Assembly (NCBI GenBank): GCA_964035575.1
Contig: OZ037836.1
Span: forward strand, 1,612,001-1,676,000
Length of the DNA stretch: 64,000 bases
Reading direction: 5' to 3'
Source: Rhynchopus sp. YZ270_cl-10
Lineage: Eukaryota
Below, piece by piece: positions 22,703 to 31,161 of the stretch. Positions within the stretch are counted from its first letter, which is position 1. The number at the start of each line of letters is the position of its first letter. A program made the translations under genes and the position numbers. Under the pieces are notes generated by a model, which was not told where the DNA came from, searched no databases, and was given only the letters and a program-made list of their open reading frames with translations.

Positions 22703-25477
22703 CCACACCCGCCGGCGCCTGTGTGCTGCAGGTCGTGGAACTGCTATTGCAGTGACGAGGTGACGGCGGCGGCGGAGCAGGCGCACTGGACTGAGGGGCT
22801 ACGGCAGCCCGCCTACCCGGGGGCAGGCGGCATGAAGCGCAGTGCAGGGGAGGAGAGGAAGGATCCCGATGTCTTCATCGGAGTAGTGACGGGCGAGAAG
22901 GTGCGGGACACGACGGGGCTGTGTGCGCTGGCGCGTGATGCGACGGAGGAGGAACCAGGAACGCACTGGGAAGTAACCCGCCGCCTGGCAAACATCACCA
23001 AGGCAGAAGCCGCGTACGAGGGCATCCTGCTCGGGCTTCAAGGGGTGGCCGACGGGTCGTACCCGAAGGGCACCCACGCGCGCGTGTGGGTCACGCACTT
23101 GGTGGTCTGGAGGCAGGTGGCTGAGGGGCACGCCTGCGACTCGTCGTTGCTGAAGCCGAGGCTGGAGAAGGTGAAGGCGCTGCTGGGCGAGTTGAAGAAG
23201 AGGGGGATAAGGGTATCGCTGCAGCACTGCGCGAAGGCGGGGAAGGGGATGAAGGAGGCAGAGAGCAACGCCCAGCTGGTTGCAGGAGGGGGGTACGCCG
23301 CAAGGGGATGCAGGACGGAGACGCTGGCAGCTGCCGTGCAGCCAGGTGTCAAGGGACACCTGGAAAGATGGGGGTTGCGATGGGAGGAATGTGGGGGCAA
23401 GGGGGACTGTCTGTTCCGGTCGGTGGCGTGGTCTGTGGAGCGGTCCCCGAATGGTCACGCAGGCTTCCGCAGGCTCGCAGTTGAGGTGATGAAGGAGCAG
23501 AAGGCACACTACAGCCCATTTGTGGACGAGGGGTGCATTGATGCATACCTGGCAGGCATGGCGCAGCTGGGGACATGGGGGGACCATTTGTGTCTCCATG
23601 CGATCGCCAAGGTGATGAAGGTCCGCATTGTTGTGCTTGACGTTGGACCGGAGAACGCGCTACGGGCTACGCTGATCGACGGGCAGTCCGACGGGCAGCT
23701 GGCAGAAGGAACTCCGGAGAAGGCTAACCTCACCTTCACGGAGTCTGACGTAGTCCTGGGGTTCGAGGGGGTACACTACGGTGCTGTGGAATCGGCAGGG
23801 TTGAAGGTGGGGGAGGAACTTCTGTGCGCAGTGGGACAACCGCAACTGCACGTACCGGCTACAGCTGTGAAGGGGAAGAAGAAGGCGACGGCGGTGACCC
23901 AGAGCGCAGCGGAGGATGCACTGAACCTGGCGCCCCAGGGATGGAAAATACCGGTGTGGGATGCAGTGCCCAGCAATGTGGAAGGGGTGACGCAGGTGGC
24001 GGCAGTTGCGTGGAAGGCGAGCGAACTTCTGCAGGGGTTACAGTTGCTGCACCAACTTCCGCAGATGGTGATTGTGTCCCGTTCGAAGTGTACGGGTGCA
24101 GCGCGCACGAAGAAGGCGAAGGTGGCGGTGAAGACGGAGCGGGGAGCAAAGGTGGAAGAAGTGTGGCTGTCGTCCATGACAACTAACTTGGACGACGTGG
24201 TGAAGCCGGTGGAGAGCACGTTCTCGAGCAAGCTGATTACGCTGATGGGCAGAACGATGTTGCTCCAGGGGGAGGGGCGCACAAAGGGAGAGCAACGCAT
24301 GCGTCGGTGGTACGGGTTGCAGGGGGTGCGGTGTGGACGCGGCTTGGAGAGAGGAGGATGGATGGAGATGTCTGTGGACGTGACGGAGGACATGGTGTGC
24401 GCCATGCTGAGGAGAAGCGGACGGGAAGGGGTGTTTGTGCGGCACCTCTTCCAGGCAAAGGAGTACGGGGACTGTGGGTTGTTGTGGAAGGCGGAACCGC
24501 TGGAGTCTGCTCTGGCACGGCTGGACCTTGTTGAGGAGAACATGGAGGATAGCGTGCGCGGACTCGCCGTAGGGGAAGGGGGCTACGCGGTGCGGGTGAT
24601 GAAGGGGGACTTGGAGGCTGCGAAGAGGCTTCTTGTGCAGGAGGACGTCGTCGTGCAGGGACACAGGTACGAGATTGGGGGAATTCCGGCGAACACGTCG
24701 GTCCAGCTGTTGTGTGAGGGGCTGGTGAGGGAGGCGAGCTGGACGGTGAAGGTGCTGTCGCGAGGGCACAAGTGGACGGTTACGTCGGATGTGCCGTGCC
24801 CGAGCACAGAAGGGGTGCTGGAGGTGGGTGGATTGGTGTTGACGGTGTGTGCGGTGAAGGAAGGGCGTCGTGTGCAGAAGGTGGGTGCGAATCCGTGGGG
24901 TTTCCCTCTGGCGCAGTTCCCAGTACCGAGGCAAGGAGCAGCAGAGAGCGGCGCTGGCACGTGGGCGGCTAAGGCGAGGGGATACGCACCACCTGCAGCT
25001 CGACCCCACCCTGCAACAGGGGCACCGGCGGCTCCGGCACCTCCCGCAGCTTCATCAGCAGCGCAGGACGAGATAGAGATGATGAAGAAGGAGATGAAGG
25101 AATTGCGGGAGATGATGAAGGGCGTCATGGAGCAGCAGAAGGAGATGTTGGAGGCACAGAAGCGGATGATGGGACAGCCGCAGCAGTCGGCACCAGTCGC
25201 GCAACCGCCGCAGCCTCTCGACATGGAACAGCTCAGAGCAGAATGTGCTGAGATGAAGGAGACGGTGCAGCAGTGCAAGGACCAGAACGTGCAGCTGGCA
25301 GCGGAGAGCAAGCGGCTCACGGAGGAGAACGAGGCGCTGAAGAAGGCAGCTCGCGAGGCCAAGGACAAGGCCAGGGATGCTCAAGATCGTGGCGGTGAGG
25401 AGAAGAAGAAAGATACGACGACGGACGAGAACAGCCGCCCCCGCGACACGGACAATAACCGAGAAAGGTCGTATTAA
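22613..25477 (+). CDS. Retrotransposon ORF1: degenerate RNase H-like domain + OTU cysteine protease + C-terminal coiled coil
   Basis: TKAEAAYEGILLGL...VTHLVVWRQV...LKPRLEKVKALL...AESNA resembles RNase HI/RVT_3 with the acidic catalytic residues replaced. OTU motifs GKGDCLFRS (Cys266), TWG and VHY (His388). The start might instead be the ATG of MKRSAG (22832). Confidence 0.85.
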   Translation: MFSYMVSKSRPASTRSIPGNDPSHGSAKWTPHPPAPVCCRSWNCYCSDEVTAAAEQAHWTEGLRQPAYPGAGGMKRSAGEERKDPDVFIGVVTGEKVRDTTGLCALARDATEEEPGTHWEVTRRLANITKAEAAYEGILLGLQGVADGSYPKGTHARVWVTHLVVWRQVAEGHACDSSLLKPRLEKVKALLGELKKRGIRVSLQHCAKAGKGMKEAESNAQLVAGGGYAARGCRTETLAAAVQPGVKGHLERWGLRWEECGGKGDCLFRSVAWSVERSPNGHAGFRRLAVEVMKEQKAHYSPFVDEGCIDAYLAGMAQLGTWGDHLCLHAIAKVMKVRIVVLDVGPENALRATLIDGQSDGQLAEGTPEKANLTFTESDVVLGFEGVHYGAVESAGLKVGEELLCAVGQPQLHVPATAVKGKKKATAVTQSAAEDALNLAPQGWKIPVWDAVPSNVEGVTQVAAVAWKASELLQGLQLLHQLPQMVIVSRSKCTGAARTKKAKVAVKTERGAKVEEVWLSSMTTNLDDVVKPVESTFSSKLITLMGRTMLLQGEGRTKGEQRMRRWYGLQGVRCGRGLERGGWMEMSVDVTEDMVCAMLRRSGREGVFVRHLFQAKEYGDCGLLWKAEPLESALARLDLVEENMEDSVRGLAVGEGGYAVRVMKGDLEAAKRLLVQEDVVVQGHRYEIGGIPANTSVQLLCEGLVREASWTVKVLSRGHKWTVTSDVPCPSTEGVLEVGGLVLTVCAVKEGRRVQKVGANPWGFPLAQFPVPRQGAAESGAGTWAAKARGYAPPAARPHPATGAPAAPAPPAASSAAQDEIEMMKKEMKELREMMKGVMEQQKEMLEAQKRMMGQPQQSAPVAQPPQPLDMEQLRAECAEMKETVQQCKDQNVQLAAESKRLTEENEALKKAAREAKDKARDAQDRGGEEKKKDTTTDENSRPRDTDNNRERSY

Positions 25478-25485
25478 TCACGACC

Positions 25486-28400
25486 GTGGGCCTTGCCCCA
25501 CTAAAGATAGTGTGCAGCAATGTGACGGCGCTGCAGACAGGCGGGAGCTCTCTGCTGAAGGTTGCGGAGGATGCTCACGTTGTTCTGGTACAAGAGACAA
25601 AGTGCACCGTGACGACGCAGAAGCGCCTCTCCATCGAGTACCGCGAGCAGGGTTGGCAGGTGGTGTGGGGTAAGGAGTTGCCGGAATGGAGGTCGGCCGA
25701 AGAAGCGAAATCTGGTGGTGTTGCGATTCTGGTGCAAGAGGGAATACCTGTGCTCACGAGCCCGCCCTCCTCAACCTTGGAAAAGAACCTCTGGGACTCA
25801 ACGCGATGGGTGAAGGCGAAGGTGGCGTACGGCAAAGGCAACGAGTGGATCGACGTGACCTCCGTCTACGCGCCGTCGGCGGACCCGGAGGCTAGGGAGA
25901 AAATACTTGGCGAGGTGATGGAGGCTGCTGCAGAGCTTGGTGACATTCCTGGGGTGATTGGTGGGGACTTCAACGCAGGTCCCGGGAAATCAGGTGTGCT
26001 GGCTGCTACGCTAGACACAGGATGGTGGAAGGACACTGCCGAAGAGCACGCAAGGGTGCTTGGGACGACCCCGGAGAACACCTACTTCTCAGTGAAGGAG
26101 GGCAAGGAGATCCGCAAGAGGCTCGATTACGTTCTGCTGAACCGAGCTGCGTGCACAGGGCTGTCGTCTGTGAAGGTTGTCCACGACTCTGGGCTCCCGC
26201 AGCACAGACCGGTAGAGATAGCGCTGGATGTAGGTGCGTACAGGCAGATCGTGCTCGCGTACACTCTGCCGAAGCAGTTCCCTTTGGAGAAGTGTGGACA
26301 GGGTGTGAAGACGGCACAAAAGGCGTTTGCGAACAAGGAGCTGCAGTGGGGGGCGCTTCAACACCCTCAGGATAGGTGGATCCAGTGGAACAAGTGGGCA
26401 GAGGACTTCTTGCTGCAGGCGTGCGAAGGCGAGATTGAGGGCCCGACGAAGGCGTATTGCGGTAGAGGCAGAACGTTCGACCCCACACCGAAGCACCGGA
26501 CTGCGAAGCAGAGCAAGGAAGGGGACGCTCTGACGGTGAGCCAGAGAAGGCTGACGAAGAACGTGGGCAGGCTGGAAGAATGTCGACTGTGGTACGTGAG
26601 GAGCAACGGTGGTGTGCCGCCACATGACGTGTGCAATTGTTGGAGCAAGGCGCGGAAGGAACTGCGTGTTCTGCTGGACGACGACTCACTGCAACAGGAT
26701 ATGCCTAGCGAGGAGGCTTTGGTGGATCTGTGCAGAGCCGTGCGAGTGAAGGTGTCAACGCTTGCGGACCGAGTGAAGCGGAAGCGACTGGAGGACTGGC
26801 GGCAGCGCCTACGGGATGCATGGCACAATGCTCCCAAGGCGATCTTCAAATACTGCAAGGACGAACAGTACAGGAAGATGACTGCCCTGAAGAACGAGGA
26901 TGGGAAGTTCACCGCCAACGCTGAGGAGATGGACACCCTCCTGCATGAGGCGTGGATGCCGATTCTTCGCCGATATGCGGAAAAGCCAGAGCCCGACTGG
27001 GGTGCGTTCAGGGAGAAGTTTGCAGAAGACATCGCAGGCAAGGGACAAGCGATGCAGATGGACAGGCTGACGGGGAAGGAGTTGCAGCAAACTCTGGGGA
27101 GGATGAAGACACAAACTTCTGCTGGGGTGGAGGGTTGGCGCATGGCAGAGCTGAAGGCGCTTCCTCTGGTGCTGCTCGACAGGCTGGCAGATGTGTTTGA
27201 TGCGATTGAGTGTACGGGAGAGTGGCCGCCTTCTTTGATGAGAGCACTCATTGCGCTCATCCCCAAAGGGGAAGACGACACTCCGCTGAAGCAGCGACCA
27301 ATCACGATTACTTCGTGTGTGTACAGACTGTGGGCGGCAGCGAGGTTGCGAAGGCTGATAAAGTGGCAGGAAAGCTGGATTGGTGAGCAACAGCACGGCT
27401 TCAGAGCAGGACACAGCACTGCCCACCTGTACTGGCATTTGTCACTCAAACTGGAGAAGGCGGTGCTGTCGGGTGACGACACAGACCAGGTATGGGGCTT
27501 CACGATTGACTACGCCAAATGTTTCGATCGTGTACCTCATGAGATTGTGCTATCGCTGGCGGAGGAGTGGGGCGCGCACTGGCGCATTCTTGGACCACTG
27601 AGGGCGGCGTACACTGCCATGGAACGCCGCTTCAAGTTGGGAGACGTAGGTGTGGGAGGCGCTTTCCGTACGACAAATGGTATCCTGCAAGGATGCCCGC
27701 TTTCTGTCGTGCTGTTGAACGCGCTGATGGCGGTGTGGGGATCTGCAGTGACGAGAAGGACGGGAGCAATCGCCATGGGGTACGCTGACGACGTGTATGC
27801 TGTGGCGAACACGGAAGCGGAGGTGCATGGTGCTGCGAGGGTGACGAAGGAGTTTATCACTGCTGCGGACATGGAGGTCAAGGCAGAGAAGTGCGTAGGA
27901 TTTACCTCGAAGGAGGGAACAAAGACGAAGTTTGGACTTGGCGACGGGTTCTTCCCCGACAAGAAGCAGTTCGGGGCGGTTGGAGCAGACATTTTGGCAG
28001 GAAAGGGGAACTTCGGGCCCATCGCGCGTGAGCGTGCGGTTACTGCGCACCGTGTATTTACGAGGGTTTCGAGTGTGCCATTATCCTTCACTGAGAAGGC
28101 ACTTATTGGCGCAAGGGGACCAATGATGGCAGCGTTGCATGGGTGCGAAGTGACAGACTTCTCGAAGCAGACGATAGAGACGCTGAGGCAAGGGGCAGCA
28201 CTGGCAGTCTGGGGGCAGGGCAGGAAGCAGCGCACGCTGAACATTGTGTGGCATGTGTTATCTCCGGTTGGGATTGATGCGCCAGCGGAGATTGTGCAGA
28301 GGAGGATGGCGGCCTTTCTCCGACTGACAGAAGATGACGGCATGCGGAGAGAAGCAGAAGAAGTGTGGAGGCTGGCACATGACCGAAGAGCGGAGCGGGA

Positions 28401-30252
28401 GGTGAGGCGGCGTGACAGGGCTTCAGAGCTGGCACGTCTCCGGCGTGAGAACCCTGGGGTTGCCAACCCAAGGGTAACTGAAGTGCACAAGAAGGGTGTG
28501 ATAGAGTTGTTGTGGGACGACCTGGAGCGATACGGATGGCGGTGGAGCAGCTTCGACTTCTGGACCACACACATCGGGTTGAGGGTGCACGTTCGTCTGT
28601 GGGACAAGGGCAAATGGCTGCATGAGCTGAGAGAGGGCATCCGTGCACACGCGTACCGCCTGACAGTGACGACAAGGCCGTCGATGCAGGGCATTGAGGG
28701 AGGTGTGGATCGCCAGGCGACGAACGCAGTGTGGAAGGACCGCACGACCGACAGATACCTGGCGGGCGCGATACGCGGAGCCTTGTCGGGCTCTCAGTTG
28801 GTGGGGGTGCAGCTGCTGAGGAACAAGGAGGTGGAGACTTCGTTGTGCCGATACTGTGGTGAGGCGATAGAGGACCGGAGACACGCTTGGTGGTGGTGCC
28901 CGCAGTGGGACGAAATTCGTGGAGAGGACATCGGAAAACTCCGGGTTTTGCTCAAAGACGCACCCCCGTGCTTCTTGGACTTTGGCCTGGTGCCGACGAT
29001 ATTCTTGCAGGAGCTGAGTGTTGCGGAGAGAGAGCAGACTGTGCGACGTGTGCAACTGATGCTGGTCAACATCGCGCTGGCAAGGCAGAAGTACGACGTC
29101 GAACATGGGTTTTCGCAGAAGAAGAAGAAGCAGGCGGTGGTGGGCCAATCCCTTTTTCCTTGGGGCTGGAATCCTCCGGAGGGTGCAGTGCTTGAGAGCT
29201 ACAACCCGCTGGAGAACGTACTGTGGGGGAGCAAGCACATGAAGAAGAGTCCTCGCTGGACGGAAGACCACTTCTGGGCGCTGAAGGCATGGCTCGCTGC
29301 ATTGCGTTGGCCTGATGGCACAACGCCCCCCATCACGCAGCTCGAGCTCATGCTGGACTTTGAGATCTTCTCGGGGTTGGACGTACCGGGTGAGACGGTG
29401 TTGAAGAGGGCAGAATCTTTTGGTGCCATGATGCGGACGGCGAAAACGATGGCGCATGGAAGGGACGTATGGAAAGGAGTGGAGAAGAGGGAGGTGCACC
29501 ACTTACAGGAACTGGGTGCGGGGATTATGACGGGGTATTCTGTGCGACCTGTGCTGACGCATGCGGCGGGGGTTGAAGGGTACCTGAAGGAGTTGCAGGA
29601 GAAGGCGACGTCGCGGAGAGCACTCTCCCGACAAAAAGAAAAGACGAAGGCGAGGTGGGGTGACGACGCGGTTGTAGCTCACACTTCCACTCCGGAAGAA
29701 CGCTCAGCAAAGAGCGAACGCTGGAAGGAAGCGAAGGAAGAGCAGAAGCAGGCAGAGGAGGTGCGTAAGAGAGCTGCGATAGCTGCAGTTGCGGCAGAGC
29801 AGACTCGACGGCAGGAGGCACGCAGGCGGCAGACACCGGCTGTGCGTGTGGACGTAAGGAGGAAGGTGGGTACCATGCGGGTGTGTGACATACACACCAA
29901 GATGCGATGCGGGGACTGCGAGCACAACAACATCCCCATCACGGCGTGCTGTGCGACGCACCATTGTGATGAGCTTATTTTGGGTGACTGTGTGGAGGCG
30001 CGTGAGGCGTGTGAGGTGCATAACTTCTCGATGTGCGGACAGTGTGCGGGTGCGGGGAACGTGTCGATGAAGCAGTGCTGTCAGAAGCACCACAACTGTG
30101 TGGCTCACGGGAGGGGTGCTTGCGGTGCATGTGTGCAGGCGGGACGGAAGAGGAAGAAGGACGGATTGCCGATGCTGGCGTCTCCTCAGGTCTGTTGCGG
30201 GAAAGGGCACCACGACACGTCCCAGGGACGTCTCGGGTTTGCCCCGCGATAA
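25486..30252 (+). CDS. Retrotransposon ORF2: APE endonuclease, RT, CCHC finger, 3x Cys/His module
   Basis: APE motifs SNV, VQETK, GGVAILV, SVYAP, GDFNA, RLDYVL, QHRPV; RT YADD at 27781. The frame is open from 25459 and has no ATG before the APE domain. Confidence 0.95.
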   Translation: MGLAPLKIVCSNVTALQTGGSSLLKVAEDAHVVLVQETKCTVTTQKRLSIEYREQGWQVVWGKELPEWRSAEEAKSGGVAILVQEGIPVLTSPPSSTLEKNLWDSTRWVKAKVAYGKGNEWIDVTSVYAPSADPEAREKILGEVMEAAAELGDIPGVIGGDFNAGPGKSGVLAATLDTGWWKDTAEEHARVLGTTPENTYFSVKEGKEIRKRLDYVLLNRAACTGLSSVKVVHDSGLPQHRPVEIALDVGAYRQIVLAYTLPKQFPLEKCGQGVKTAQKAFANKELQWGALQHPQDRWIQWNKWAEDFLLQACEGEIEGPTKAYCGRGRTFDPTPKHRTAKQSKEGDALTVSQRRLTKNVGRLEECRLWYVRSNGGVPPHDVCNCWSKARKELRVLLDDDSLQQDMPSEEALVDLCRAVRVKVSTLADRVKRKRLEDWRQRLRDAWHNAPKAIFKYCKDEQYRKMTALKNEDGKFTANAEEMDTLLHEAWMPILRRYAEKPEPDWGAFREKFAEDIAGKGQAMQMDRLTGKELQQTLGRMKTQTSAGVEGWRMAELKALPLVLLDRLADVFDAIECTGEWPPSLMRALIALIPKGEDDTPLKQRPITITSCVYRLWAAARLRRLIKWQESWIGEQQHGFRAGHSTAHLYWHLSLKLEKAVLSGDDTDQVWGFTIDYAKCFDRVPHEIVLSLAEEWGAHWRILGPLRAAYTAMERRFKLGDVGVGGAFRTTNGILQGCPLSVVLLNALMAVWGSAVTRRTGAIAMGYADDVYAVANTEAEVHGAARVTKEFITAADMEVKAEKCVGFTSKEGTKTKFGLGDGFFPDKKQFGAVGADILAGKGNFGPIARERAVTAHRVFTRVSSVPLSFTEKALIGARGPMMAALHGCEVTDFSKQTIETLRQGAALAVWGQGRKQRTLNIVWHVLSPVGIDAPAEIVQRRMAAFLRLTEDDGMRREAEEVWRLAHDRRAEREVRRRDRASELARLRRENPGVANPRVTEVHKKGVIELLWDDLERYGWRWSSFDFWTTHIGLRVHVRLWDKGKWLHELREGIRAHAYRLTVTTRPSMQGIEGGVDRQATNAVWKDRTTDRYLAGAIRGALSGSQLVGVQLLRNKEVETSLCRYCGEAIEDRRHAWWWCPQWDEIRGEDIGKLRVLLKDAPPCFLDFGLVPTIFLQELSVAEREQTVRRVQLMLVNIALARQKYDVEHGFSQKKKKQAVVGQSLFPWGWNPPEGAVLESYNPLENVLWGSKHMKKSPRWTEDHFWALKAWLAALRWPDGTTPPITQLELMLDFEIFSGLDVPGETVLKRAESFGAMMRTAKTMAHGRDVWKGVEKREVHHLQELGAGIMTGYSVRPVLTHAAGVEGYLKELQEKATSRRALSRQKEKTKARWGDDAVVAHTSTPEERSAKSERWKEAKEEQKQAEEVRKRAAIAAVAAEQTRRQEARRRQTPAVRVDVRRKVGTMRVCDIHTKMRCGDCEHNNIPITACCATHHCDELILGDCVEAREACEVHNFSMCGQCAGAGNVSMKQCCQKHHNCVAHGRGACGACVQAGRKRKKDGLPMLASPQVCCGKGHHDTSQGRLGFAPR

Positions 30253-30263
30253 CGAAGGTGGTC

Positions 30264-30318
30264 ACGTGGCGCCTTTCTCACCTCTCAGTTCATCTGAGAA
30301 GGTGGGGATGGGTCACGT
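30264..30318 (+). other. 3' UTR stem-loop of retrotransposon copy 2
   Basis: Same hairpin as 4063-4117; no poly(A) tail follows. Confidence 0.75.
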
Positions 30319-31161
30319 CAACAAGTTTAAGCTCTTTAACCGCCCTGGATCTCACACCACTCAACAACGTGACGGCGATTAGCTATGGCTTTCTCAACCG
30401 CTGCCAAGGCTTAACCACCCTGGATCTGACACCACTCAACAACGTGACGGTGATTGGCAATAGCTTTCTTGAGAGCTGCTACTCTTTAACCACCCTGGAT
30501 CTTACACCACTCAACAACGTTACGAGGATTGAATTTAACTTTCTTTACGGCTGCACCTCTTTAACCAGCCTGGATCTCACACCACTGAGCAAGGTTGAGT
30601 ATGTGGGTTCGGGTTTTGCTAATAACTGCACTTCGTTGACGAGTATTTACCTTTCCGGCTGCAGCAGTGCTGTGTCCAACGAAGTGAGGAATAGCGAGGA
30701 GCTGAGGCATCTTGTGGTCGAAGCACGTCCGAAACGAAGCAGAGACGAATCCCCCGAGCAAGCACACAAACGACAGAGACACGCACAATGACGACGTGGT
30801 GTGTTGGTGGGAGGGACTGGAAGAAGGGTACGAAGGGAGGTGGAAGGGGCCGGTAGGTACTGCCTACTCTACTCGTCTGCACAAACTTTACAAAACAAAA
30901 AAAATAGTGGAGCACACAGGATAAAGTCTGCCTAGAACTAGGGTCGTGCTATTCGCATAACTCGTTAGGCGATTGGGTGTATCTGGCTTACAGCAACCAA
31001 AACAAAAGAATTGGCAGTGCAGACTGCACAACTGTGGCAACACAACCGAGGCAACTAAAGGGGGGGGAGGGATAATTGTAGTGGGGGATAACTGTAGAAT
31101 GGCGGATAAAATAAAAAATGTCGCCAGTTTGTTCTTCTCAAAAAATGGGGGATAGTTGTAG

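Larger units (their letters stand above)
22573..30330 (+). mobile_element. Full-length ~7.76-kb APE-type non-LTR retrotransposon (copy 2), LRR-repeat targeted
   Basis: Flanked by CTCTTTAACCACTCTGGA (22555-22572) and CTCTTTAACCGCCCTGGA (30332-30349). Contains two long ORFs, a 5' ribozyme and a 3' stem-loop. Confidence 0.95.
20371..30791 (+). pseudogene. Ubl-LRR-NLS copy E, split by two insertions (segments 20371-20586, 22259-22572, 30350-30791)
   Basis: Joining the three segments gives a continuous stop-free ORF (...TKTKK|YEAFAE...CNSLTTL|DLTPLNN...HKRQRHAQ*) with 6 LRRs. Confidence 0.9.
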
